Assembly: GCA_963667035.1 (NCBI GenBank)
Contig: OY762964.1
Span: 1,728,001 to 1,792,000 of the forward strand
Source: Candidatus Cloacimonadales bacterium
GTDB lineage: Bacteria; Cloacimonadota; Cloacimonadia; Cloacimonadales; JAFGVF01
DNA: 64,000 nucleotides
Direction: 5' to 3'
Every line of letters begins with the position of its first letter. Positions within the stretch are counted from its first letter, which is position 1. Below, one piece after another: positions 10,925 through 19,556 of this stretch. The notes beneath the pieces are model-generated. The model ran no database searches and was not told the DNA's origin. It worked only from the letters and a program-made list of their open reading frames with translations. A program made the translations under genes and the position numbers.

Positions 10925-12217
10925 CTATTCACCAATCCTGTAAGCTTCAAAGAATCTCATGTCTTCCATGTTGATTCTCACTTTTAGATAAGTTCCTTCG
11001 TTGCGATATTGTTTATCCAACACTTCGCACTTTTTATAAGCAATTGATTCGAAAGAAGATTGAGCATAAGGAATCAGCAGTTCAGTTACTACAGCCTGAT
11101 TCAATTCATTCTCCAAATGCTCTGTTAACTTATCGATATTCAAGCCTGTATGCGCAGATATAAACATTGCTTGAGGATGTTTTTCTTTAAGTGTTTCCAA
11201 TTCGGTATCAGTCAATCTGTCAATCTTATTGAATACAAGCAATGTCTGTACTTCGTTAGCTTTTATCTCAAGTAAAACTTTCTCTACTTCAGCAATGAGA
11301 TGTTCATAGCGTTTATCTGCACAATCAACCACATGTAAAAGAAGATCTGCATCCATAACCTCTTTTAGTGTAGCTCTGAAACTTGCTACGAGCTGATGTG
11401 GGAGATTGGCAATAAAACCAACAGTGTCAGTGAGAATAACTTCATGCCCAAAGCCTATTTCAACTTCCTTTGATGTTGAATCAAGAGTCGCAAAAAGCTT
11501 ATCCTCCTGCAAAACTCCTGCATCGGTTAATCGATTAAAAAGGGTAGATTTACCTGCATTGGTATAACCGACTAGGCACACAAGCTTGTAGCTGCTCTTT
11601 CTTTTCTTTCTTTGAGTATCAAGTTGTATATTCAACTTACTCAAATCAGCCTGAATAGTAGCAATCTCTGTCTTTATCTTACGCTTATCAAGTTCTATCT
11701 GCTTCTCACCAGCTCCTCTAGTGGTTCCCATAGAACCGGAAGCACCACCTTTAATCTTGTCAAGATGAGTCCATAGCCTTTTCAGTCTGGGTAGCTGATA
11801 CTGTAGTTCAGCTAGTCTTACTTGCATCCGAGCTTCGCTTGTCTGTGCATGTCGGTGAAATATATCTAAAATAAGCTCTGTTCTATCCGTAATATCGAGT
11901 TTATAATCTCTGTTCAGATTACGCCCCTGAGAGGGAGTAAGTTCATTATCGAAGATAACTAAATTAGATTCTAGCTCTTCCATCTTCTCCTTCAACATCT
12001 CGGCAAACCCGGGACCTATATAAGTTCCTGCTTTGGGTTTATCAAAATTCTGAATAAATCTTCCGACGACTTCTACTCCGGCAGTATCTGCCAGCCTTTC
12101 AAGCTCATCTAATGAATCATTTATTTCTTGTGGGGTTCTTTTTCTTCGAACCGTAACTAATATCGCTTTAGTAATAATCTCTTCCGAGATTTCATATAAT
12201 TTATCTTTAATAGGCAT
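10925..12217 (-). CDS. hflX: Ribosome-splitting GTPase HflX
   Basis: ILDIF, GYTNAGKS, LFATLD, DTVGF and NKID motifs. Confidence 0.96.
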   Translation of the reverse strand: MPIKDKLYEISEEIITKAILVTVRRKRTPQEINDSLDELERLADTAGVEVVGRFIQNFDKPKAGTYIGPGFAEMLKEKMEELESNLVIFDNELTPSQGRNLNRDYKLDITDRTELILDIFHRHAQTSEARMQVRLAELQYQLPRLKRLWTHLDKIKGGASGSMGTTRGAGEKQIELDKRKIKTEIATIQADLSKLNIQLDTQRKKRKSSYKLVCLVGYTNAGKSTLFNRLTDAGVLQEDKLFATLDSTSKEVEIGFGHEVILTDTVGFIANLPHQLVASFRATLKEVMDADLLLHVVDCADKRYEHLIAEVEKVLLEIKANEVQTLLVFNKIDRLTDTELETLKEKHPQAMFISAHTGLNIDKLTEHLENELNQAVVTELLIPYAQSSFESIAYKKCEVLDKQYRNEGTYLKVRINMEDMRFFEAYRIGE

Positions 12218-12328
12218 AAAACCTCCAAAATACTGTAATTGTGAACGTGATTGTTATAGAGCTATAACAAGATATAAGAATTAAGAATAGACCCTTATAT
12301 AAGGGATGCGATACATAATTGGGGCAAA

Positions 12329-12352
12329 TCAATAAATAGTATTAATGAACAT
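12329..12352 (-). promoter_or_regulatory. Candidate hflX leader peptide MFINTIY
   Basis: AGGTGAG SD-like motif, then ATG TTC ATT AAT ACT ATT TAT TGA; hairpins lie downstream before the hflX SD. Confidence 0.45.
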
Positions 12353-12499
12353 CTCACTCACCTGTATTTTGAATTGAGGCATTGATATATTATAGCAGAA
12401 TTATGTCAATAAAGTTTTTGCCTTTCTTATCTCCTGTACTTCAATGCAATAGACATATTTACTGTCAATGCAGAGAAATAGATGAATGAATAGTAGTTA

Positions 12500-14620
12500 T
12501 TATTGTTTCACAACCTTAAAGAATCCTCTTCTTGCTACATCAATTGAGAAACTAGTACCTGTTACTTCAGCAATTTCTTGGAATCCTGTGTATGGATTGT
12601 CTGACCAAAGGACTGTATAAGATATAGAAGGCTCTCCATTCCATGATAACATTAATCCGGATGTGGTCTTTATTAATTCAGGTGATACTTCCTCCGTTTC
12701 CAAGGGGGTAACAACTACTTTGTATCCTAAGTGATCTACGTTATCAGCATCTATCATAAGAGTTATTTTGGCTTGTTTATCTTGATGATACCCACCAGTC
12801 AGTTCAACCTTTAATTCTGAGGATGAACATGGGTATACAGGTAAACCTGATTCCGGTAACAGAGGATTAAATGACCTATCGTCACAAATTACCTCATTAA
12901 CGGTAAAAAGTTTATTCCCATTATTTTCAACAACAAGATTAACATAAGGATAAGAAACTCCGAAAGGTTCGGGTCTAATCGAATATGAAATTGGCGGATA
13001 AACAGCAATTGATTGGATTGATAAATCAGTATCGATGAAGTTTGGATTGCTGTATACAACATTACCCTGATAATCTGTTGCTTTAAGCCTTAACCATCTC
13101 ATACCTGTAACCTCATTTAGATTTATCAAATAAGCTAAGGTTCTGGGATTTGTAATAGTCTCAAGAACTTCATACTCTTCTGTAAAGGAGTCATTAAGTG
13201 CCGACTCAACTTCGTAGCAGTGAAAGTCAAAGCTTGAGCATTGATCCCATGTTAACTCTACAGCACTAGGATTCCCGTGATAATCATAATCTATTTCCAA
13301 TTCCAGTGGTGAGATTGAATCAACAATTTCTAAGTCATCAGTCCTGTTAATGTTATCATCAATAACTTCCGAGAGTGCATCAATCCAATGAGAGTTATAC
13401 TCAATAACATTAGTGTAAAAGTTATCCGGAATCCATGTGTTTGCTTCATAATCATATCCATAAAAGGCATAGTAATCGTTACAATAACCGGGAAGCTCTC
13501 TCATCTCAACATGAAGCCAATTCTGGAATTGATTGGAGTCACAATAGTTTCTTGTGTATATAAATTGGTAACTTGTATCTATCCCATAATATCTGAAGGA
13601 CATAGGAATATTATAACTTTCACCATTCAAGTAATAATATGGAGGATTGTAGGAATTCCCGGCAACAGCTAAATAATCCAGAACAGTGTTCCTTCTATTA
13701 ACTAAGAAATCTCCGGCAATTGGAATTTGGTATGGTAACCTATTCACGATATCATTATGAGCATCAGATACGTCTCTGATAGGATTATTATAGGGAATAG
13801 CAAAACCTGAAGACAGAATTACATCATACGGTACCGTACTGTTATAATCATAACTATGTACTTGAAGAGTAAACTCACTTATCCCAAAAGTAGTTCTTAT
13901 CTCATCACATGCTTCTTTGTAAGCAATATTATAGGCGTGCTCACTATGTCTACTAGGATCACTATAAGACCTGTCATTAGTATACATACCTGAATTACTT
14001 TGTCTAACTTCTCTCCCCGCTCCATTGATAAAAAGATATCTGGCATTGAGCTTGTTGAAAGCATAAAGAGCTAAAGGTAGAGCAATAAAATCATCGCATG
14101 GATGAATCATTGAGATTATAATTGGATTAGTGGATTCAGGATTCTTTAGATATAGTCCCCATCCATAAGTAAATGCCCCTATCTCATCATCAAATGTCTC
14201 AGGGGTTTGATTATCATCTACATAACTTGTATCGGGTATTTCTCTAATTAAATTGTATGTCTTTCCCGTTCCGGTATCAGAAAGTTGCACTACTTCAAAA
14301 GGGTATTCAGCATTGCTTAAAAGATTTTCAGCTCCTACGGAATTATCATTAACCAAGCACTCCAAAGCTAACCGCCAAGCAGTTGAGTCTGCTTCTGACA
14401 ACTCAGTAAAGCTTCCGAAACCAACCATTTGTTTATCGTAAGGAGAATATTGATTATAGCCCTCTCTTGCAATATTTTCAGCAACATGTGAGTACCAGTT
14501 ATTATATGTGAAATCGGGGTCATCTCCAAACAAGAAAGTCTCAAAATCCCTTTCTTCCGTGATTACAGAAAATAGAACAGTTGTAATTAAAAACAAAAAG
14601 CCAACCAAACATCTTCTCAT
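12500..14620 (-). CDS. Large secreted hypothetical protein
   Basis: Signal peptide, acidic composition, Ig/FN3-like C-terminal part, ends RRGFFKVVKQ. Confidence 0.7.
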   Translation of the reverse strand: MRRCLVGFLFLITTVLFSVITEERDFETFLFGDDPDFTYNNWYSHVAENIAREGYNQYSPYDKQMVGFGSFTELSEADSTAWRLALECLVNDNSVGAENLLSNAEYPFEVVQLSDTGTGKTYNLIREIPDTSYVDDNQTPETFDDEIGAFTYGWGLYLKNPESTNPIIISMIHPCDDFIALPLALYAFNKLNARYLFINGAGREVRQSNSGMYTNDRSYSDPSRHSEHAYNIAYKEACDEIRTTFGISEFTLQVHSYDYNSTVPYDVILSSGFAIPYNNPIRDVSDAHNDIVNRLPYQIPIAGDFLVNRRNTVLDYLAVAGNSYNPPYYYLNGESYNIPMSFRYYGIDTSYQFIYTRNYCDSNQFQNWLHVEMRELPGYCNDYYAFYGYDYEANTWIPDNFYTNVIEYNSHWIDALSEVIDDNINRTDDLEIVDSISPLELEIDYDYHGNPSAVELTWDQCSSFDFHCYEVESALNDSFTEEYEVLETITNPRTLAYLINLNEVTGMRWLRLKATDYQGNVVYSNPNFIDTDLSIQSIAVYPPISYSIRPEPFGVSYPYVNLVVENNGNKLFTVNEVICDDRSFNPLLPESGLPVYPCSSSELKVELTGGYHQDKQAKITLMIDADNVDHLGYKVVVTPLETEEVSPELIKTTSGLMLSWNGEPSISYTVLWSDNPYTGFQEIAEVTGTSFSIDVARRGFFKVVKQ

Positions 14621-14789
14621 ATTCGCCTCCGGAATAAACGATAAGTTATCGGTTTAATGATTTATATACTTACAAATATGCAATATACATACCAATAAAC
14701 AAGAAATATAAGTTAAGTTTTTGGAAGTCAATATAAATGAATAAGGGAGAATGAATTTCTTCACACTCCCCCATTCTTCGCAGTTATAA

Positions 14790-15863
14790 TTATATTAATT
14801 GTTTACGTCTACGGTAATGTTTGGAATCACCTTTTTCACCATAAGATATTGTTTCACCGATTGAGTGTATACTATCTTCCAGTTTTTGCCTGAAGGATTC
14901 ACAGTTCTCATCCACTCCCGGCTTGTTATCGTACAAGAAATAGTTTTTCCTATAGTTTGTATCATCAATAACAACTGGCATGATAATGTTTGCACCAACC
15001 TGAAGCCCTTTTATTCTTCCATCTCCACCAAGAGCTTGTAAAGCTGTTGTTGCGGCTATGTTAACATCTTTTAAAACTAGTCTTACCAAAGCAATCATAC
15101 GATGCCCCATATCCAATTGTCTCATCTCGTCAAAGTGGTAATCAGCTTTAGCCAAAGGAGTTTCATGATGAGGAATATATGGTCCCATGCCAATCATATC
15201 AATATCCCATTCTTTCATAAACAGTATATCATCAGCTAAATCTGCAGAAGTTTGAAAAGGCAAACCAATCATAACTCCTGTTCCTACTTGATAATCAGTT
15301 TCTCTGAGAAATCTAAGGCTTTCAAGCCTCTTTTCAAATGAGTGATCAGCAGGATGAAGCTTCTTATATAATTGGGGATTAGAAGATTCAATTCTAAGAA
15401 GATATCTGGTTGCTCCCGCTTCTCGCCATCTTCTGAATGTATCCTTTGTCTGCTCACCAAGAGACAATGTAATTCCTAATTTAGTTTCACTAAGGGAATG
15501 AATATCTTTGATTGTTTCCTCTATAAAATCAATCCATTCCTTATCATCTCTTTCTCCTGCTTGTATAGCTATAGATGCATAGGCATGTTCAAGACAGAAG
15601 CGAGCGGCATTAAGAATATCGTCTTTTGTCATTTTATATCTATTCACATTACTATTACTCTTGCGTATCCCGCAATAATAACAGTCTTTTATGCAAATAT
15701 TACTTATCTCGGCTATACCTCTCAAGTGGACAATAGGACCTATTTCCCTGATCTTTGTCTTATAGGCTTCTTCAAAAAGAGTATTTATAAGACTCATATC
15801 AGTAGTTTCCAACAGATAGATTATATCGTCTCGTCCCAGATTGTTAAAGTCTATCTTTCTCAT
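14790..15863 (-). CDS. hydE: [FeFe]-hydrogenase H-cluster radical SAM maturase HydE
   Basis: CxxxCxxC (CIKDCYYC), RYLLRIE, GMGPYIPH and YFLYDNK motifs; next to hydG. Confidence 0.92.
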   Translation of the reverse strand: MRKIDFNNLGRDDIIYLLETTDMSLINTLFEEAYKTKIREIGPIVHLRGIAEISNICIKDCYYCGIRKSNSNVNRYKMTKDDILNAARFCLEHAYASIAIQAGERDDKEWIDFIEETIKDIHSLSETKLGITLSLGEQTKDTFRRWREAGATRYLLRIESSNPQLYKKLHPADHSFEKRLESLRFLRETDYQVGTGVMIGLPFQTSADLADDILFMKEWDIDMIGMGPYIPHHETPLAKADYHFDEMRQLDMGHRMIALVRLVLKDVNIAATTALQALGGDGRIKGLQVGANIIMPVVIDDTNYRKNYFLYDNKPGVDENCESFRQKLEDSIHSIGETISYGEKGDSKHYRRRKQLI

Positions 15864-15871
15864 ACTTTCCT

Positions 15872-17281
15872 TTAGAAATACATATCATGTTGCCCGGATC
15901 TAAGCTTATCAAGCTTCTCTTCCAGTTTAGTTTTTAAGTTTCCTTCGGGGAATTTATTCATTTCCTTCTCAACGAGTTTAAGACCTGATTTCTTTGTTTC
16001 TGGAGAAGCATAGTCTAATAAATACTCAGTAAAAGTAAGAATAGCATTGGGTTGACAGTAGCTCTTAATATCTCCTGTTTTTGAGAAATCCATGAAATCA
16101 TGCCCTGTTCTACCAAGTCGGTAACATGCTGTACACCAGGAAGGAATAAAATCATGTTCGGCTAATTCTCGGACAACTTCATCAAGAGATCTATTATCTC
16201 CTAAGACAAACTGACTCTTCTTGAAAGATTCTTCATCACCATGGGAATATTCTCCAATACCTATACTGGAACCACCGTCAATCTGGGAAACTCCATAGTT
16301 GAATACTTCATTTCTTACTTCCATCGGTTCTCTTGCGGTAAGAATCATACCTGTATAAGGAACAGCTAGACGTAGAATAGCTACCAGTTTCTTGAAATCA
16401 TCATCACTAACAGCATATTCCGGATGTAATGTATAGTCACTACCATGAGCCGGTTCGATTCTTGGGAAAGAAATTGTGTGAGGTCCTACACCGAATTTCT
16501 CTTCCAGATGGAAACTATGAGCAAGTAAACTCATTACCTCAAATCTCCAATCGAAAAGTCCCAACAAGGCTCCTATGCCAAGATCATCAATTCCGGCTTC
16601 CATAGCTCTATCTAAGCCATACAATCTCCACAGATAACTACTTTTAGGTCCTCTGGGATGTAAACGTTTGTAAGTTTCCTGATGATATGTTTCCTGGAAA
16701 ATTTGATAAGTCCCTATACCTGCTGACTTAACAGTCTTGTAACCTTCAACATCAAGAGGTGCTGCATTAATGTTTACACGACGAATCTCACCCTTAGCGG
16801 TTTTGGTTGCATATACTGTTTCAACAGTATCTTTAATAAATTCAGGAGAATACATATTGTGCTCTCCATAAACCATAATAAGTCGTTTGTGTCCTTTATT
16901 CTCTAAAGCAAGGGTTTCATCGATTAGTTGTTCGTTGGTTAATGTACTTCTGTGACAATCCTTATTCGAAATTCTGAATCCGCAATACACACAGTCATTA
17001 ATACATTCATTCCCTACATAAAGAGGAGCAAAAAGTACTATTCTGTTACCATAAATATCTTCTTTAATCTTTTTCGCCAAACTAAAGATACTTGAAAGCA
17101 TTTCAGGTTCTTTACTTTGAATCAGTACAGCAACGTCTTCTAAACTTAACCCTTTCTTTAAGGCTGCTTTAGAAAGAACTTCTTCCACCTGCTCATGAGT
17201 AGGTTCGGAATGTTTCTCCAGTAATCCCCAGATTTCTTCTTCAGGAATAAATGATTTTAAGCCTTCTACATCAATTTTCAT
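15872..17281 (-). CDS. hydG: [FeFe]-hydrogenase H-cluster radical SAM maturase HydG
   Basis: FAPLY..CINDCVYC and GPHTISFPR, plus the C-terminal CTACYR-x-C auxiliary cluster motif that distinguishes HydG from ThiH. Confidence 0.94.
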   Translation of the reverse strand: MKIDVEGLKSFIPEEEIWGLLEKHSEPTHEQVEEVLSKAALKKGLSLEDVAVLIQSKEPEMLSSIFSLAKKIKEDIYGNRIVLFAPLYVGNECINDCVYCGFRISNKDCHRSTLTNEQLIDETLALENKGHKRLIMVYGEHNMYSPEFIKDTVETVYATKTAKGEIRRVNINAAPLDVEGYKTVKSAGIGTYQIFQETYHQETYKRLHPRGPKSSYLWRLYGLDRAMEAGIDDLGIGALLGLFDWRFEVMSLLAHSFHLEEKFGVGPHTISFPRIEPAHGSDYTLHPEYAVSDDDFKKLVAILRLAVPYTGMILTAREPMEVRNEVFNYGVSQIDGGSSIGIGEYSHGDEESFKKSQFVLGDNRSLDEVVRELAEHDFIPSWCTACYRLGRTGHDFMDFSKTGDIKSYCQPNAILTFTEYLLDYASPETKKSGLKLVEKEMNKFPEGNLKTKLEEKLDKLRSGQHDMYF

Positions 17282-17304
17282 TTTAACCTCTTTATGTTTA
17301 TTTT

Positions 17305-17553
17305 TTATATTTTCAGCGTAGTTGATTTTACTGAGACAGATGGCACTTGCCCTAACTTCCCGGAGAACGCCCCGAGTTCATCATTTGTGAGTTCTACAAT
17401 AAGAAATAGAATTGAGGCATTCTTATCCGGCATTGGGTAACCTGTTCTGAGTCTAATACTGTGTGCAATATCATGGACTAAAGAGTTAACGGGATTATAA
17501 GCTGTTTCTCGGTCAGTAACCGTAATCGTAATTGTTCTAATTAATTTTTCCAT
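17305..17553 (-). CDS. TM1266-family iron-only hydrogenase system putative regulator (ACT-like)
   Basis: 82 aa with IRLRTGYP and LGAFSGKLGQVPSVSVKS; first gene of the hyd operon. Confidence 0.8.
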   Translation of the reverse strand: MEKLIRTITITVTDRETAYNPVNSLVHDIAHSIRLRTGYPMPDKNASILFLIVELTNDELGAFSGKLGQVPSVSVKSTTLKI

Positions 17554-17554
17554 T

Positions 17555-17679
17555 AAAAAAACTCCTATTCCGAGGTCGGAATGGAGTTAATCTATCTAAT
17601 ACTCCAATTACTAGAGTAATAGCTTTTAGTAATATATCCACCCCTTGACCTTAGTTTTCACCTTAATCTCAGGATTCAA
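17555..17679 (-). promoter_or_regulatory. Candidate attenuator leader: uORF ending WIYY, alternative stems and a terminator over the SD
   Basis: Terminator AACTCCATTCCGA-CC-TCGGAATAGGAGTT plus T tract (17555-17588); competing segments at 17600-17606 and 17612-17618; uORF at 17626-17661. Confidence 0.6.
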
Positions 17680-17829
17680 TCATATCTGAACTTTATTATT
17701 ACTTCCTAACTGTCAATAACATTTTTAGAAAACAATAACATGCACCGAATACATAATAGTACTAAACTGTTGCTTTTGCCAAATATTATTTATTTACTTG
17801 CATGACATAAGAGTTGTATGATGTAATTC

Positions 17830-18162
17830 CTATTTTAGTGATAATATTATATCCTGAGTGAAAGGAACAACTTTTACGAATTCTTCCATCATCTCACAAG
17901 GATACTCATCGCATTCCGAGCAGTTCTCATAACCTTTTGAGACAACACACTCTCTCATTTTGCAATCACTACAATGTCCTATCTTAACACTGTCTTGCAT
18001 GCAACCAAGACAATTAATGTGTTCCGGTAGAATATCCGCTCCATACACTTTAGACCAATTCTTTGAAGTTGTTCTTCTCAGTTCATCATCATTAGTGACA
18101 GTCGCTTTGTAAGCTTCACAATCTGAGCAGATGAGTCCGCAAGCACCAATAATACGATTCAT
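17830..18162 (-). CDS. DUF3795-like cysteine-rich metal-binding protein
   Basis: ACGLICSDC, CLGC, C..C...C and NCSECDEYPC motifs. ATG at 18162 after GGAGG. Confidence 0.8.
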   Translation of the reverse strand: MNRIIGACGLICSDCEAYKATVTNDDELRRTTSKNWSKVYGADILPEHINCLGCMQDSVKIGHCSDCKMRECVVSKGYENCSECDEYPCEMMEEFVKVVPFTQDIILSLK

Positions 18163-18248
18163 AATTTCCTCCGCTTTCAATGTAAGATTCTAATCAACGT
18201 AACACGAAGCATATTAAGTAACACTTAAAACAATAGCAAGAAATATTT

Positions 18249-19556
18249 TTATTGAATCCTACCAAGAAAAGCTTTTAAATCTGTAATCGCTCTTTCTGAA
18301 TGCTTCTGTTTCTTTAGTTTTTTGTCTCTGATTTTAACTTCAAGTGGAGGTAGGATACCATAATTAGCATTCATTGGTTGAAAATCTTTGACAGGAGTAA
18401 TCTGATGATTCCATAAAGCTCCCGAAATAGTAGTTAAAGGTGGTATCGTCAATCTTTCCAAGATAACTTTACTTACTAATAATCCACTCAAGATTGATTC
18501 AACATATCCTTCAACTCCTGATAATTGACCTGCAATATAGATATGAGGTGCTTTTTTAAGTGAAAAATCCTGATTGATTATTTCCGGTGTATTCAAATAT
18601 GTATTTCTATGAATTGATCCATACCTTAGTATTTCCGCTTCTTCCAGTCCCGGTATTAAGCGAAAAACTTTCTTCTGTTCAGGATATCTAAGCATAGTCT
18701 GACAACCAACCAGATTATAAGCAGAAAAGCCTTTATTCTCTGCTCTTAATTGTAATACGGCAAAAGGACGCTTTCCTGTTCTAGGGTCTTCTAAACCAAC
18801 AGGTCTCATAACCCCAAATCTCAAAGTATCTTTTCCTCTTCTGGCAAGCTCTTCGATAGGAGTGCAATTCTCGTAAAAGTGGTAATCTATATCCTGAAAG
18901 AATTGATTCTCAAACTCGTGAGCAACATGCTTGTCTCCCTCATTTAGAGCTTCGACAAATCTATAATACTCATCCTTATTGAAAGGACAGTTCAGATAGT
19001 CCGCTTCTCCCTTATCGTATCTTGTTTTAGAGAACACAATTTCTCTATTCAAGGATTCTGTACTTACAATAGGAGCAATGGCATCAAAGAAATATAAATG
19101 CTTATTACCTATTGTTTTTAACAAGGAATCCGTCAGAGCTTCTGAAGTCAAGGGTCCGGTAGCTATTACTGTGATTGTTTCAGGGAGTTCTGTTACCTCC
19201 TCATTAACAACAGTTATATTTGGATGATTCCTAATCATACCGGTTACCGTCTTTGCGAAAAGATTTCTATCAACGGCAAGAGCATTTCCTGCAGGTACGG
19301 AATTATTTTTTGCAATATCGAGAAGTTTACAACCAAGTTCCTGCATTTCAGCTTTCAGTAAACCGGAAGCTGTATCTATGAGTGTCGATTTGAATGAGTT
19401 GGAACACACTACTTCAGCAAAAAGATCTGTTTCATGTGCTTCCGTAGATTTTACCGGTCTCATTTCATACAATGTTACATTCCAGTTCGCGTCAGCAAAT
19501 TGCAGAGCTAACTCTGAACCTGCAAGTCCTGCACCTATAATATTAATTTTATTCAC
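18249..19556 (-). CDS. trmFO: Folate/FAD-dependent tRNA m5U54 methyltransferase
   Basis: GAGLAGSE, EVVCSNS, FFDAIAPIV, AGQLSGVEGY and FQPMNANYG motifs. Confidence 0.96.
   Translation of the reverse strand: MNKINIIGAGLAGSELALQFADANWNVTLYEMRPVKSTEAHETDLFAEVVCSNSFKSTLIDTASGLLKAEMQELGCKLLDIAKNNSVPAGNALAVDRNLFAKTVTGMIRNHPNITVVNEEVTELPETITVIATGPLTSEALTDSLLKTIGNKHLYFFDAIAPIVSTESLNREIVFSKTRYDKGEADYLNCPFNKDEYYRFVEALNEGDKHVAHEFENQFFQDIDYHFYENCTPIEELARRGKDTLRFGVMRPVGLEDPRTGKRPFAVLQLRAENKGFSAYNLVGCQTMLRYPEQKKVFRLIPGLEEAEILRYGSIHRNTYLNTPEIINQDFSLKKAPHIYIAGQLSGVEGYVESILSGLLVSKVILERLTIPPLTTISGALWNHQITPVKDFQPMNANYGILPPLEVKIRDKKLKKQKHSERAITDLKAFLGRIQ

Noticed and set aside
12251..12270. Rex operator (TTGTTATAGAGCTATAACAA)
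   Set aside because: It is 20 bp rather than the 18-bp Rex spacing and is better explained as an RNA hairpin in the hflX leader.
17590..17690. TPP riboswitch or T-box upstream of the hyd operon
   Set aside because: Only fragments match (CTGAGA; AAGGGGTGG); the remaining conserved cores are missing.
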